Assembly (NCBI GenBank): GCA_963734495.1
Contig: CAVTHK010000016.1
Span: forward strand, 1-64,000
DNA from: an uncultured Spirochaetota bacterium
GTDB lineage: Bacteria > Spirochaetota > Spirochaetia > SZUA-6 > CAVTHK01
Direction: 5' to 3'
DNA: 64,000 nucleotides
The position numbers and the translations under genes were made by a program. Shown piece by piece: positions 36,985 to 47,568 of the stretch. The stretch's first letter is position 1; every line of letters starts with the position of its first letter. The notes beneath the pieces were generated by a model. That model was not told the DNA's origin, did not search any database, and worked only from the letters and a program-made list of their open reading frames with translations.

Positions 36985-37750
36985 CCCTTACGGCCTGCGG
37001 CTGGGCATCAATACCAGCTGGAAGAGCAAATGGTTCGTCGATCCGCGTGAGTACGCGGAGACCCTTCACCAGGATCTGGCGCTGAGGCGGCTCATCTCGA
37101 CGAGCCCCGACACGCGCAGCGGCGAGGTCGCCGACGTGGAGATCATCCGCCACCCCCAGCGGGTGACGGTGGTCATCCACACGGCGCGCCCCGGGGCGAT
37201 CATCGGCGTCAAGGGCGCGAACATCGAGAAGCTCGGCGCCGTGATGCAGAAGATGATCGGCAAGAAGATCCAGATCAAGATCAAAGAGGTCAAGAGGCCG
37301 GAGACGGACGCCCAGCTCATCGCCGAAGGCGTTGCGCGGCAGCTGCGCTCGCGCGCCTCCTACCGGCGGGCGCTGCGCATGGCGATGCAGAACGCCATGA
37401 AGGCCGGCGTGCAGGGGATCAAGATCAAGATCTCCGGCCGGTTGGGCGGCGCGGAGATGTCGCGCAAATACGAGGCGAAGGAAGGCCGGGTGCCGCTGCA
37501 CACCTTCCGGGCGCAGATCGACTACGGGTTCGGCGAGGCGTTTACGACCTTCGGAGCGATCGGCGTCAAGGTCTGGGTGTTCCAGGGCGAGGTCTTCGGC
37601 AGGGAGAAGAAAGAGGACGCGGGGCTGCTCGTGCGCAAGAGCCGCGACGGGCGCGAATCCCGCGACGGCCGCGAAGGACGCGAGGGCCGCGACCCCCGTG
37701 ACACCCGCGATGCCCGCGAGGGCCGCGAGCGAAGCCCGGCGAGGAGCTGA
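36968..37750 (+). CDS. rpsC: 30S ribosomal protein S3 (with an R-D/E-G repeat tail)
   Basis: [34 protein letters not shown]. Confidence 0.98.
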   Translation: MGQKVNPYGLRLGINTSWKSKWFVDPREYAETLHQDLALRRLISTSPDTRSGEVADVEIIRHPQRVTVVIHTARPGAIIGVKGANIEKLGAVMQKMIGKKIQIKIKEVKRPETDAQLIAEGVARQLRSRASYRRALRMAMQNAMKAGVQGIKIKISGRLGGAEMSRKYEAKEGRVPLHTFRAQIDYGFGEAFTTFGAIGVKVWVFQGEVFGREKKEDAGLLVRKSRDGRESRDGREGREGRDPRDTRDAREGRERSPARS

Positions 37751-37755
37751 CCGTC

Positions 37756-38178
37756 ATGCTGAGCCCCAAGCGAACCAAGTTCCGCAAACAGCAGCGACGC
37801 ACGGGCGCGCTCAAGAGCATCGCTACGCGCGGGAACACGATCTCCTTTGGCGACTACGGCCTGATCTCGCTCCAGGGCAAGTGGATCACCAACCGCCAGA
37901 TCGAGGCGGGAAGAATCGCCCTGACCCGCCACATCAAGCGCGGCGGGAAGGTCTGGATCCGCGTGTTCCCGGACAAGCCCTTCACGAAGAAGCCGGCAGA
38001 GACCCGCATGGGAAAGGGCAAGGGCGCGGTGGAGTACTGGGTGGCCGTGGTCAAGCCGGGATCGGTGCTGTACGAGATTTCGGGCGTGACCCGCGAGCTC
38101 GCAGAGCAGGCGATGACGCTTGCGGGAAGCAAGCTGAACATCAGGACAAAGTTCGTAGGACGCCGCGAGCTGGAGTGA
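37756..38178 (+). CDS. rplP: 50S ribosomal protein L16
   Basis: [24 protein letters not shown]. Confidence 0.98.
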   Translation: MLSPKRTKFRKQQRRTGALKSIATRGNTISFGDYGLISLQGKWITNRQIEAGRIALTRHIKRGGKVWIRVFPDKPFTKKPAETRMGKGKGAVEYWVAVVKPGSVLYEISGVTRELAEQAMTLAGSKLNIRTKFVGRRELE

Positions 38179-38182
38179 CGCG

Positions 38183-38383
38183 ATGAGGGATTCGTACAAG
38201 GATCTGAGCCTCCCCGAGCTCATCAAGAGGCGGGAGGACGTGACCAAAGAGTACCGTGACCATCGGTTCAACGTGGTTCTCGGACACGTGGACAATCCTC
38301 TCAAGGCGAGGACGCTGCGCCGACAGCTGGCCCGGCTCGTGACGATCATCCACGAGTACGAGACCGGCATCCGCAAGGGTTAG
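38183..38383 (+). CDS. rpmC: 50S ribosomal protein L29
   Basis: Position between rplP and rpsQ; NP...[12 protein letters not shown]. Confidence 0.93.
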   Translation: MRDSYKDLSLPELIKRREDVTKEYRDHRFNVVLGHVDNPLKARTLRRQLARLVTIIHEYETGIRKG

Positions 38384-38394
38384 GAGCACGGGAC

Positions 38395-38661
38395 GTGGAA
38401 GGCACCAAGACCAAACCGACCAAGAGGGTCCTGACCGGCCAGGTGGTCAGCGACAAGATGGACAAGACCATCGTCGTGGCCGTCCGGCGGAGGAAGCTCC
38501 ACCGTCTATACAAGAAGTTCGTGAACATGACCAAGACGGTCAAGGCGCACGACCAGGGCAACGAGTGCAAGATCGGCGACACGGTCCGCGTGATCGAATG
38601 CCGGCCGCTCTCCAAGGACAAGCGATGGAGACTGCTGGAGATCGTGGCGAGGGCCAGGTAG
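38395..38661 (+). CDS. rpsQ: 30S ribosomal protein S17
   Basis: [25 protein letters not shown]. Confidence 0.98.
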   Translation: MEGTKTKPTKRVLTGQVVSDKMDKTIVVAVRRRKLHRLYKKFVNMTKTVKAHDQGNECKIGDTVRVIECRPLSKDKRWRLLEIVARAR

Positions 38662-38677
38662 GCCCGGGAGCGCGAAC

Positions 38678-39046
38678 ATGATACGCACGTACACCAGCCT
38701 GATAGTGGCTGACAACAGCGGCGCCAAGCGGGCGATGTGCATCCGTGTGCTCGGCGGCACGCGCCGCACCTACGCCCATCTCGGGGACGTGATCGTCGTC
38801 GCGATCAAGGACGCCATTCCGAACGCCCCCGTCAAGAAGGGCACCGTGGAGCGCGCGGTGGTGGTGCGCACGAAGAAGGAGTACCGCAGGTCGGACGGCA
38901 GCTACATCCGCTTCGACGACAACGCCTGCGTGATCATCGACCCTCAGCAGAACCCCAAGGGCAAGCGCATCTTCGGGCCGGTGGCCCGCGAGCTGCGGGA
39001 GAAGGATTACATGAAGATCGTCTCGCTCGCGCCCGAGGTCGTGTAG
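38678..39046 (+). CDS. rplN: 50S ribosomal protein L14
   Basis: [33 protein letters not shown]. Confidence 0.98.
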   Translation: MIRTYTSLIVADNSGAKRAMCIRVLGGTRRTYAHLGDVIVVAIKDAIPNAPVKKGTVERAVVVRTKKEYRRSDGSYIRFDDNACVIIDPQQNPKGKRIFGPVARELREKDYMKIVSLAPEVV

Positions 39047-39058
39047 GAGCTCACGTTG

Positions 39059-39370
39059 ATGAAGACGAAGCTGAAGAAGAACGACCAGGTGATGGTCATC
39101 ACCGGACGTGAAAAAGGAAAGCAGGGCAAGATCCTGCGCATCGACCACGGCAAGGGCCGCCTCCTGATCGAGGGCGTGAACCTGGTCAAGAAGGCCATGA
39201 AGAAGACGCAGAAGCGGCCCCAGGGCGGGATCGCCGAGGTCGAAGCGGGAATCGCGATTTCCAACGTGATGCTGGTCGACAAGAAAGGGACTCGCACGCG
39301 CCTCGGGTTCCGCGTCGAAGGGGACAAGAAGGTGCGGGTCAGCAGGAAGACCAAGGAAGAGATCGCATGA
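39059..39370 (+). CDS. rplX: 50S ribosomal protein L24
   Basis: [21 protein letters not shown] motif, ISNVML. Confidence 0.97.
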   Translation: MKTKLKKNDQVMVITGREKGKQGKILRIDHGKGRLLIEGVNLVKKAMKKTQKRPQGGIAEVEAGIAISNVMLVDKKGTRTRLGFRVEGDKKVRVSRKTKEEIA

Positions 39371-39924
39371 AGAACGGCGAGAATGCACCGAGGCTGAAGA
39401 AGCTCTATCGCGAGAAGATCGCCCCGGAGTTGCGAGAGGAGTTCCACTACAAGTCGCCGATGCAGATCCCGCGCCTCGAGAAGATCGTCCTCAACGCGGG
39501 CGTGGGCGAGGCGCTCGTCAACAAGAAGCTGCTCGACGCGACGGTGGACGAGATGACGACGATCGCGGGGCAGAAGGCGGTCAAGACCAAGGCGCGCAAG
39601 TCGATCGCCAACTTCAAGATCCGCACCGGCAACGAGATCGGCGCGATGGTGACCCTCAGGGGCGACCGCATGTACGAGTTCCTGGACAGGCTCGTCAGCG
39701 TCGCCCTGCCGCGGGTCAAGGACTTCCGCGGCATCAATGCCAACGCCTTCGACGGCCGCGGCAACTACTCGCTGGGGATCACGGAGCAGATCATCTTTCC
39801 AGAGATCGACTACGACAAGATCGAGCGGATCGCGGGCATGAACATCGCGATCGTCACCACCGCGAAGACGGATGAGGAAGCGCGGAGCCTGCTCGCCAGG
39901 CTCGGCATGCCGTTCAGGAAGTGA
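39367..39924 (+). CDS. rplE: 50S ribosomal protein L5
   Basis: [30 protein letters not shown]. Confidence 0.98.
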   Translation: MKNGENAPRLKKLYREKIAPELREEFHYKSPMQIPRLEKIVLNAGVGEALVNKKLLDATVDEMTTIAGQKAVKTKARKSIANFKIRTGNEIGAMVTLRGDRMYEFLDRLVSVALPRVKDFRGINANAFDGRGNYSLGITEQIIFPEIDYDKIERIAGMNIAIVTTAKTDEEARSLLARLGMPFRK

Positions 39925-39937
39925 TGTAGAGGAGCCT

Positions 39938-40123
39938 ATGGCCAGAAAAGCGATGATCCTGAAGGCCCTGAAGAAGCCCAAGTACAGCACGCGCAAGGTG
40001 CGGCGTTGCCGCATCTGCGGGCGCTCGCGGGGCTACATGGGCAAGTTTCAGATGTGCCGCATCTGCTTCCGCAATCTGGCGAGCCGCGGCATGATCCCCG
40101 GCGTCACGAAATCGAGCTGGTAG
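39938..40123 (+). CDS. rpsN: 30S ribosomal protein S14 (type Z, Zn-binding)
   Basis: RCRICGR...MCRICFR...IPGVTKSSW. Confidence 0.97.
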   Translation: MARKAMILKALKKPKYSTRKVRRCRICGRSRGYMGKFQMCRICFRNLASRGMIPGVTKSSW

Positions 40124-40132
40124 GAGGGCGCG

Positions 40133-40531
40133 ATGAGCGTGAGCGATCCGGTCGCCGACATGCTGACGAAGATCCGCAATGCCAGTGCGGCCAAGTTCGA
40201 GAAGGTGGATGTTCCCACGTCGCGGCTCAAGCTGGAGATCACCAAGATCCTGAAGAACGAGGGCTACATCAAGAACTTCAAGAAGGTCACCCAGGACGGC
40301 AAGACGCTTCTGCGGATCTTCCTGAAGTACGACGATGGCGAGCGGCCGATCATCAGGGGCCTGCAGAGGATGTCGACGCCGGGGCGGCGCCTCTACTGCG
40401 GGCACTCCGCGCTGCCGCGCGTCTACAACGGTTACGGCACACTCATTGTATCGACCTCGTCGGGAGTGATCACCGGCAAGAAGGCCACGGAAAAGAAGAT
40501 CGGCGGCGAGCTGGTCTGCAGCGTCTGGTGA
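40133..40531 (+). CDS. rpsH: 30S ribosomal protein S8
   Basis: [29 protein letters not shown]. Confidence 0.98.
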   Translation: MSVSDPVADMLTKIRNASAAKFEKVDVPTSRLKLEITKILKNEGYIKNFKKVTQDGKTLLRIFLKYDDGERPIIRGLQRMSTPGRRLYCGHSALPRVYNGYGTLIVSTSSGVITGKKATEKKIGGELVCSVW

Positions 40532-40544
40532 GGGCGGGAGCGTT

Positions 40545-41084
40545 ATGTCGAGAATCGGCAAGTTGCCGGTGAAGGTTCCCCCGGGGGTCAAGGTGGCCGT
40601 TTCGGGGCGGAGCATCACCATCGAGGGCCCGAAAGGGAAGCTGACGCAGGAGGTCGCCCCCGAGATCGGCATCGCGGCGGAGGGCGGCCGGATCACGCTG
40701 TCGCGCTCGGGTGACGAGAGGCGGACGCGGCAGCTGCACGGCCTGGCCCGCAGCCTCGTGCAGAACATGGTCACGGGCGTGTCCCAGGGGTTCACGAGGG
40801 CGCTGGTGATCAACGGTGTGGGCTACCGCGCGGAGGTGCAGGCAAAGAACCTCGTGCTGACCCTCGGCTACTCCAACCCGATCGAGTACCCGATCCCCGA
40901 GGGCATCAAGATCGAGGTCGAGGCGAACACCCGCATCAGGGTGAGCGGCGCCGACCGAAGGATCGTGGGGCAGGTCGGAGCCGAGATTCGCAAGTTCAGG
41001 CCGCCCGAGCCGTACAAGGGCAAGGGCATCAAGTACGAGGACGAGGTCCTCATCCGCAAGGTCGGAAAAACGGGCGTAGGCTGA
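40545..41084 (+). CDS. rplF: 50S ribosomal protein L6
   Basis: MSRIGKLP, GVGYRA, RPPEPYKGKGI. Confidence 0.98.
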   Translation: MSRIGKLPVKVPPGVKVAVSGRSITIEGPKGKLTQEVAPEIGIAAEGGRITLSRSGDERRTRQLHGLARSLVQNMVTGVSQGFTRALVINGVGYRAEVQAKNLVLTLGYSNPIEYPIPEGIKIEVEANTRIRVSGADRRIVGQVGAEIRKFRPPEPYKGKGIKYEDEVLIRKVGKTGVG

Positions 41085-41095
41085 GGATCGGAAAC

Positions 41096-41455
41096 ATGTC
41101 GAGACTGGAAGACAAGTACAGGCGGCGGCTGCGGCGCAAGTTCAGCATCCGCAAACGCATCCGGGGCACGGCCGAGAGGCCGAGGCTTACGATCTACAAG
41201 AGCAATCGCTACACCTATCTCCAGGCGATCGACGACTCGAGCGGGCTCACCGTGGCGTCGGCTTCGAACCGGGAGAAGGATCTTGCGGCGGTGCGCAACA
41301 CCGTCGCCGAGATCGCCAGGCTGGGCGAGGCGTTCGGCAAGCGGCTGGCGGAAAAGCAGATCAAGCGGGCCGTATTCGACCGCAACGGCTATCTCTACCA
41401 CGGGAAGGTGAAGGCCGTGGCCGACGCCATCCGCAAGGCAGGCGTCGAGTTCTAG
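41096..41455 (+). CDS. rplR: 50S ribosomal protein L18
   Basis: [21 protein letters not shown]. Confidence 0.98.
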   Translation: MSRLEDKYRRRLRRKFSIRKRIRGTAERPRLTIYKSNRYTYLQAIDDSSGLTVASASNREKDLAAVRNTVAEIARLGEAFGKRLAEKQIKRAVFDRNGYLYHGKVKAVADAIRKAGVEF

Positions 41456-41554
41456 ACCGGCCGCGGTCCGCCGCGGCCGGACGGGACGCGGCGGCGCGGA
41501 CAACGGCCGCGGACCCATGCGCAGCATGGACCGGCAGACATCGAGGGGGAACGA

Positions 41555-42046
41555 GTGGACCGGGAACGAAGCGATCTGGTGGAGAAGCTGGTCAAGCTCA
41601 ACCGCGTGGCCAAGGTCGTCAAGGGCGGCCGGCGTTTCTCCTTTTCCGCGCTGGTGGTCGTGGGCGACATGAAGGGCAGCGTCGGCGTCGGCTTCGGCAA
41701 GGCGAACGACGTCTCCGAGGCGATCCGCAAGAGCCTGGAGAAGGCGAAGCGGAGCATGATCCACGTCCCCTTGAAGAAGGGCACGATTCCGCACCCGATC
41801 ACGGGTGCCTACAAGAGCTCCCGGGTGTATCTTAGGCCTGCGGCTCCCGGGACCGGCGTCATCGCCGGCGGCGCCGTCCGCGCGGTCATGGCCGCCTGCG
41901 GTACGACCGACGTGCTCAGCAAATCCATGGGCTCGCGCAACGCGATAAACGTGGTCAAGGCTGTCATGAACGGGCTCGAGAGCCTGATGGACGCGCGCGG
42001 GGTGGCCTCGGGCCGCGGCAAGAGCGTCGACGAGATGTGGGGCTGA
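41555..42046 (+). CDS. rpsE: 30S ribosomal protein S5
   Basis: [23 protein letters not shown]. Confidence 0.98.
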   Translation: MDRERSDLVEKLVKLNRVAKVVKGGRRFSFSALVVVGDMKGSVGVGFGKANDVSEAIRKSLEKAKRSMIHVPLKKGTIPHPITGAYKSSRVYLRPAAPGTGVIAGGAVRAVMAACGTTDVLSKSMGSRNAINVVKAVMNGLESLMDARGVASGRGKSVDEMWG

Positions 42047-42047
42047 G

Positions 42048-42230
42048 ATGAAGAAGCTCAAGATCACCCTCAGGAAGAGCCCGAGCGGCAGCATCCCCAA
42101 GCACCGCCGGACGATCGTGGCCCTGGGGCTGCACCGGATCAGGGCAGTCACGGAGAAGAATGCGACGCCCGAGATCCTCGGCATGCTGCGCACCGTGGCT
42201 CATCTGGTCGAGGTCGAGGAGATCAACTGA
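42048..42230 (+). CDS. rpmD: 50S ribosomal protein L30
   Basis: LKITLRKS, ALGL, GM...VAHLVEV. Confidence 0.95.
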   Translation: MKKLKITLRKSPSGSIPKHRRTIVALGLHRIRAVTEKNATPEILGMLRTVAHLVEVEEIN

Positions 42231-42901
42231 TGGATTCCCCGGTCCTGAAGGCGCCGGCCGGCGCCACGAAGAAACGCAAGATCATCGGCCGCGGCTCGAG
42301 CTCGGGCCACGGCGGAACGAGCACCAAGGGGAGCAAGGGGCAGAATGCTCGCGCGGGCGGCGGCGTGCGGCTGGGCTTCGAAGGCGGCCAGATGCCGCTG
42401 TTCCGGCGGATAGCGCGGCGCGGCTTCTCCAACGCGAAGTTCAAGGTCGTCTACAGGATCGTGAACCTCGGGCAGCTCGGCGGACGCTACTCCAAAGGCG
42501 ACGTCGTCAGCGAGGCGAGCCTCGAGGAGAAGGGCGTGATCAAGGGCACGGGCCCGGTCAAGATCCTCGGCGTGGGCGATGCGCCGGAGGGGCTGAGGTT
42601 CGAGGTGGACGCGATCTCGCAGTCCGCGCGCGAGAAAGTCGAGAAGGCAGGCGGGGCGATTGCAGGTGCCGCCGCGGTCGTCAAGCCGCCGAGGGCTGAG
42701 CGAGGGCGGAAGGCCGTGCAAGGGCGCGAGGCCGAGAAAGCGGCAAAGGCGGCGAAAGCGGCCGAGGCCGAGAAGGCGCCGAAGGCTGCGAAAGCGCCCA
42801 AGGCGGAGAAGGCGCCGAAGGCTGCGAAAGCGCCCAAGGCGGAACAGGGCAAGGGCGGCGCGACCGAGGAAAGGCCGCGCAAGCCGAAGTCGGGGGACTA
42901 G
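42230..42901 (+). CDS. rplO: 50S ribosomal protein L15 with a Lys/Ala-rich C-terminal extension
   Basis: [28 protein letters not shown], then about 75 extra residues. Confidence 0.96.
   Translation: MDSPVLKAPAGATKKRKIIGRGSSSGHGGTSTKGSKGQNARAGGGVRLGFEGGQMPLFRRIARRGFSNAKFKVVYRIVNLGQLGGRYSKGDVVSEASLEEKGVIKGTGPVKILGVGDAPEGLRFEVDAISQSAREKVEKAGGAIAGAAAVVKPPRAERGRKAVQGREAEKAAKAAKAAEAEKAPKAAKAPKAEKAPKAAKAPKAEQGKGGATEERPRKPKSGD
42731..42838 (+). repeat. Three tandem 36-bp coding repeats ([12 protein letters not shown]) in rplO
   Basis: Units at 42731, 42767 and 42803; the last two differ at one base. Confidence 0.9.
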
Positions 42902-42904
42902 CCG

Positions 42905-44224
42905 ATGGCGAACCCTTTGGTCGATATTTTCCGTGTAAAGGACCTGCGGGCCAGGATCCTGTTCACGGTAGGGATGCTCGTTGTGTTCCGGCTCGGAACG
43001 TTTCTTCCGATCCCGGGAGTGGACCGGAACGCGATCGTTGCGTATTTCGCGCAGGAGGCGCAAGGCGCCGGAATTCTCGACTTCCTGGATTTCTTTTCCG
43101 GTGGGGCGCTGAAGAACTTCTCTATCTTCATGCTCGGCATCATGCCGTACATCACCACCTCGATCATCATGCAGCTGCTGACGATCGCCTTCCCCAAGCT
43201 GAAAAAGCTCGCGGAGGAGCCGGGGGGCCGCAAGAAGATCCAGCGCTACACGAGGCTGCTGACCGTGCCGGTCTGCATCGTGCAGTCGTTCACGATCACC
43301 CGGCTGACGGACCAGATCCCCGACGCGATCACTCTTTCGCCGGTGGCATTCGCCCTGATCGCGATCCTCACGGTGACCGTCGGGACGCTGTTCCTGATGT
43401 GGATGGGCGAGCAGATCACGCGGCGCGGAGTAGGCAACGGCACGTCCCTGATCATCTTTGCCGGGATCGTGGCGCGCGTGCCATGGGCGATCAACCAGCT
43501 CATCAAGGCCGTGCGGGATCCCACGCAGAACCTGAACCCGGTGTTCCTGATCGTGGTCTTCGGCCTCTTCGTCGGGGTCGTGGCGCTGGTGGTCTACGAG
43601 CAGCAGGGCCAGAGGAAGATCCCGGTCAACTACGCCAAGAGGGTCGTGGGGCGGCGCATCTACGGGGCGCAGAACACATATATCCCCTTCAAGATCAACC
43701 CCTCGGGCGTCATCCCGGTGATTTTCGCCTCGTCGGTGCTCTCGATGCCGATCCAGATCGCGCAGAGCCTCGGCCGCCAGGTCCCATGGCTCGAGCAGAT
43801 CGCGTCCTTCCTGAGCCCGTCGGGGGTGATGTACCAGGTGATCTACGCCGTGCTGATCATCTTCTTCGCGTACTTCTACACGCAGGTCACGCTGAACCCG
43901 ATGGAGATCTCGAAGAACATCCGCGAGAACGGAGGCTCGATCCCGGGCATCCGCAGCGAGAAGATGGAGGAGTACCTCACCCGCATTCTGAACCGGATCG
44001 TTCTTCCGGGCTCGCTGTTCCTCGCGTTCATAGCGCTCATCCCGTCGATCGTGCAGGGGCTCTTCCACTTCCCCGTCGCGGTCGCATACTTGATGGGCGG
44101 CACTTCGCTTCTGATCCTCGTGGGCGTCGACCTGGACACGATGGCCCAGATCGAAGGGCACCTGCGGATGCACCACCACGACGGGATCCTGAAGAAGGGC
44201 CGCATCCGGGCGCGAAACCTGTAA
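42905..44224 (+). CDS. secY: Preprotein translocase subunit SecY
   Basis: [49 protein letters not shown]. Confidence 0.98.
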   Translation: MANPLVDIFRVKDLRARILFTVGMLVVFRLGTFLPIPGVDRNAIVAYFAQEAQGAGILDFLDFFSGGALKNFSIFMLGIMPYITTSIIMQLLTIAFPKLKKLAEEPGGRKKIQRYTRLLTVPVCIVQSFTITRLTDQIPDAITLSPVAFALIAILTVTVGTLFLMWMGEQITRRGVGNGTSLIIFAGIVARVPWAINQLIKAVRDPTQNLNPVFLIVVFGLFVGVVALVVYEQQGQRKIPVNYAKRVVGRRIYGAQNTYIPFKINPSGVIPVIFASSVLSMPIQIAQSLGRQVPWLEQIASFLSPSGVMYQVIYAVLIIFFAYFYTQVTLNPMEISKNIRENGGSIPGIRSEKMEEYLTRILNRIVLPGSLFLAFIALIPSIVQGLFHFPVAVAYLMGGTSLLILVGVDLDTMAQIEGHLRMHHHDGILKKGRIRARNL

Positions 44225-44235
44225 GGAGGCCGGCG

Positions 44236-44349
44236 ATGAAAGTGCGCGCGAGCGTGAAACCCATCTGCGACAAGTGCAAGGTGATCCGGAGGCGGGGCAT
44301 CGTGCGGATCATCTGCAAGAACCCGAAGCACAAGCAGCGCCAGGGATAG
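44236..44349 (+). CDS. rpmJ: 50S ribosomal protein L36
   Basis: [37 protein letters not shown]. Confidence 0.98.
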   Translation: MKVRASVKPICDKCKVIRRRGIVRIICKNPKHKQRQG

Positions 44350-44363
44350 CGCGGGAGGCATAG

Positions 44364-44741
44364 GTGGCAAGAATCGCGGGAGTCGACCTCCCCAACAAGC
44401 ACGTCGACGTGGCCCTCACGTACATCTACGGAATCGGGCGTTCCTCGGCGCGGCAGATCTGCGAGCGCGCGAGGATCAATCCCGAGACGCGCATCAACGA
44501 CGTTTCGTCGGGGGACCTCAACGAGGTCCGCAGGCTGCTCGAGACCGAGTACACGGTCGAGGGACGCCTCAGGACCGAGATGGCGCTGAACATCAAGCGG
44601 CTCATGGACATCGGTTGCTACCGGGGCTTGAGGCACCGCCGCGGCCTGCCGGTTCGCGGGCAGCGGACGAGGACCAACGCCCGTACGCGCAAGGGCAAGC
44701 GCAAGACCGTGGCCGGGAAGAAGAAGGCCCCGCGGCAGTAG
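44364..44741 (+). CDS. rpsM: 30S ribosomal protein S13
   Basis: [32 protein letters not shown]. Confidence 0.98.
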   Translation: MARIAGVDLPNKHVDVALTYIYGIGRSSARQICERARINPETRINDVSSGDLNEVRRLLETEYTVEGRLRTEMALNIKRLMDIGCYRGLRHRRGLPVRGQRTRTNARTRKGKRKTVAGKKKAPRQ

Positions 44742-44780
44742 CCCGGCGCCGGGCGAGACGCCCGGAAGTAGGAGGAGAGC

Positions 44781-45164
44781 TTGGCAGTCAAGCGTGGGAA
44801 GAAGGAAAAGAAGAAGAACGTCTCGGCGGGATGCGTCTACATCCAGGCGACCTTCAACAACACGATCGTCACCATCACCGACCTGATGGGCAACACGGTG
44901 TCCTGGGCTTCGGCCGGGGGGCTGGGGTTCAGGGGCGCGAAAAAGTCCACCCCGTTCGCGGCGCAGAGCACCGCGGAGACGGCGGCGCGCAAGGCGATGG
45001 ACAGCGGGCTGCGCGAGGTCCGTGTCTTCGTCAAGGGGCCCGGAGGCGGGCGCGAGTCGGCGGTCCGGTCGCTCGGAGCGCTCGGGTTGAGGATCCTGTC
45101 GATCAAGGACACGACACCCATCCCGCACAACGGCTGCCGCCCGCAGAAGAGCCGCAGAGTCTGA
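44781..45164 (+). CDS. rpsK: 30S ribosomal protein S11
   Basis: [31 protein letters not shown]. Confidence 0.98.
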   Translation: MAVKRGKKEKKKNVSAGCVYIQATFNNTIVTITDLMGNTVSWASAGGLGFRGAKKSTPFAAQSTAETAARKAMDSGLREVRVFVKGPGGGRESAVRSLGALGLRILSIKDTTPIPHNGCRPQKSRRV

Positions 45165-45182
45165 CGCGAGGAGTAATTTCCA

Positions 45183-45818
45183 ATGGGAAGGTATACCGGG
45201 CCGCAGTGCCGGCTTTGCCGGGCCGAAGGGACCAAGCTCTTTCTCAAGGGCGAGCGGTGCCACACCGACAAGTGCGCGATCAGCCGCAAGCGGCCGGCGC
45301 CGGGCCTCGGCCCGAGGGCGCGCACGAAGAAGACTTCGGACTACGGCGTGCAGCTGCGTGAGAAACAGAAGCTCAAGCGGATCTACGGCATGCTCGAGAA
45401 CCAGTTCCGGCTCTTCTTCTTCCGCGCCAACCGCATGAAGGGGATGACGGGCGAGAACCTGCTGATCCTGCTGGAGCGGCGGCTCGACAACGTGGTCTAC
45501 CGGATGCGGTTCGCGTCGTCGCGCAAGCAGGCCAGGCAGCTCGTGTCGCACGGCCTGTTCTCGGTCAACGGGCGGAGGGTCACGATTCCGTCCTACATGG
45601 TCAGGCTCGAAGACGTGATCGAGGTGCACGACAAGGCCGGAAAGCATACGGCCATCAAAGAAAGCCTCAAGGAGTACACCCGATCCGGGGTCGTCCCCTG
45701 GCTCCAGGTGGACCCCGACGGCCTGCGCGGAAAAGTGCTGCAGCTTCCGCGCCGGAACGACCTCACGGACCTCGCGGACGTGAAGGAGCAGCTTATCGTC
45801 GAGCTCTATTCAAAGTAA
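45183..45818 (+). CDS. rpsD: 30S ribosomal protein S4 (Cys-rich Zn-binding type)
   Basis: CRLCR...RCHTDKC, QLREKQK, LERRLDNVVYR, IVELYSK. Confidence 0.98.
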   Translation: MGRYTGPQCRLCRAEGTKLFLKGERCHTDKCAISRKRPAPGLGPRARTKKTSDYGVQLREKQKLKRIYGMLENQFRLFFFRANRMKGMTGENLLILLERRLDNVVYRMRFASSRKQARQLVSHGLFSVNGRRVTIPSYMVRLEDVIEVHDKAGKHTAIKESLKEYTRSGVVPWLQVDPDGLRGKVLQLPRRNDLTDLADVKEQLIVELYSK

Positions 45819-45836
45819 CGGAGGCCTTGGCAGCGA

Positions 45837-46985
45837 ATGGCACGAAAGAGCCTGCTTAAGGGATTCAAGAAGCCGAAGGGCCTGACGTTCGAGCACGGTG
45901 AGTCGCAGCCGAACTACGGCAGATTCATCGCCTATCCGTTCGAACGGGGCTACGGGACGACCATCGGGAACACGCTGCGGCGGATCCTGCTGTCGTCCAT
46001 TCAGGGCTACGCTGTCACCGCCGTGAGGATCACCCACTTCGGCGAGGACGGCGCTCCGCACGTGGCGTCGAGTGAGTACGAGTCGCTCCCCGACTTCGTT
46101 GAGGACATCCCCGAAATCGTGAGCAACCTCAAGCAGCTGAAGCTCGCGCTCGACGGGGAGAACGAAAGCGAAACGCTCGTCGTCGAGTGCAAGGGCAAGG
46201 GCACGATCACCGGCAAGGACCTGGTGCGCGGCAGCGTCCGCGTGCTGAACTCGGACCTGCACATCGCAACGCTGACGGAGAACGCCAACGTCGAGCTCGA
46301 GGTCCAGGTCGACCTCGGCCGGGGCTACGTGCCGGCGGAGCGCAACCAGGAGCACGTGGAGGTCATCGGCTCGATCGCGGTGGACGCGTTGTTCTCGCCC
46401 GTCGAGAAGGTGCGGTTCGCGGTGGAGAACACCCGCGTCGGCCAGCGCAGCGACTACGACAAGCTCGTGCTCGAGGTCTGGACCGACGGGACGATCACCG
46501 CCGAGGACGCCCTCGGTGAGGCGGCGAAGATCGCGAAGGACCACTTCACGATCTTCATCAATTTCAACGAGGACGACATCAGCGCGGAGCAGGACCTCGG
46601 CGACGAGGACGAGCTGATCAGGAAGTTCCTCGAAACTCCCGTCGAGGAGCTCGAGCTCTCGGTGCGGTCGAGCAACTGCCTGAAGAACGCGAACATCCGG
46701 ACGATCGGGGACCTGACGAGGCGCACCGAAGACGAGATCGTCAAGACGCGGAACTTCGGCAAGAAGTCGCTCCAGGAGATCAAGGAGAGGCTCGCCGAGT
46801 GGAACCTGAGCCTCGGCATGAAGGACTATTCGGCGCTCAAGGTTCCGGCCAGCTTCCGCCTCAAGTACGAGAAGAAGGACGAGGAAGGCGGCGAAGAGGC
46901 CGAGGAGCCCGAGGCGGGCGAGGAGCCGGCCAGACCAGACCGGCCGGAAGGCCCGGAAGACCAGGACAACGACGATGAAGCATAG
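45837..46985 (+). CDS. rpoA: RNA polymerase alpha subunit (acidic C-terminal tail)
   Basis: [47 protein letters not shown]. Confidence 0.98.
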   Translation: MARKSLLKGFKKPKGLTFEHGESQPNYGRFIAYPFERGYGTTIGNTLRRILLSSIQGYAVTAVRITHFGEDGAPHVASSEYESLPDFVEDIPEIVSNLKQLKLALDGENESETLVVECKGKGTITGKDLVRGSVRVLNSDLHIATLTENANVELEVQVDLGRGYVPAERNQEHVEVIGSIAVDALFSPVEKVRFAVENTRVGQRSDYDKLVLEVWTDGTITAEDALGEAAKIAKDHFTIFINFNEDDISAEQDLGDEDELIRKFLETPVEELELSVRSSNCLKNANIRTIGDLTRRTEDEIVKTRNFGKKSLQEIKERLAEWNLSLGMKDYSALKVPASFRLKYEKKDEEGGEEAEEPEAGEEPARPDRPEGPEDQDNDDEA

Positions 46986-47403
46986 GATCAGCGGGAACCG
47001 GCTCGGCCGGGATGCGGGGCATCTGCGGGCGACGCTCAAGAGCATGGTCACCTCGCTCCTCAAGTACGAGCGGATCAGGACGACCAAGGCGAAGGCGCTC
47101 CAGGTGCGACGCAAGGCCGAGAAGATGATCACCAGGGGCAAGCTCGATTCCGTGCACAACCGGCGGATCGTCCGCAGGCAGGTGGAGGACAAGGCCGTCC
47201 TCGCCAAGCTGTTCACCGACGTCGGGCCGCGCTTCTCGTCGCGCCCCGGCGGCTATACGCGCATCCTCAAGCTCGGCCGCCGACGCGGAGATGCAGCCGA
47301 GATGGTCCTGCTCGAGCTCGTGGAGCGCAAGACGGTCCAGAAGCCGAAGCGCGAAAAGAAGGCCAAGGTCGAAGAGGCCCCCGCGGAGGAAGCGAAGAAG
47401 TAG
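46975..47403 (+). CDS. rplQ: 50S ribosomal protein L17
   Basis: [28 protein letters not shown]. Confidence 0.98.
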   Translation: MKHRISGNRLGRDAGHLRATLKSMVTSLLKYERIRTTKAKALQVRRKAEKMITRGKLDSVHNRRIVRRQVEDKAVLAKLFTDVGPRFSSRPGGYTRILKLGRRRGDAAEMVLLELVERKTVQKPKREKKAKVEEAPAEEAKK

Positions 47404-47426
47404 CCGGGCCCCGAGGGGCGATGAGC

Positions 47427-47463
47427 GCGCGCCGGGCCCCGGGAGCCCGGCGCGTCTTTTTTT
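47427..47463 (+). terminator. Intrinsic terminator ending the ribosomal protein cluster
   Basis: GCGCGCCGGGC-CCCGGGA-GCCCGGCGCGT followed by CTTTTTTT. Confidence 0.85.
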
Positions 47464-47568
47464 CCCCCCGACGGGGGCGCCGCAGCCGGCGTTGATCGGG
47501 CGGGTGGGCCGGTGATAGACTGCCGATAAGAACAATGGAGCCCACCGGGCGCTCATGCCCGGGCACAG

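Noticed and set aside
41456..41554. GC-rich hairpins in the rplR-rpsE, rpsS-rplV, rplL-rpoB, rpoB-rpoC and post-leuA spacers as a REP-like family
   Set aside because: They share no clear common sequence, and such stems arise easily at this GC content.
44224..44236. Absence of adk, map and infA between secY and rpmJ
   Set aside because: A known gene-order variant in several lineages, including many spirochaetes; used only as a taxonomic hint.
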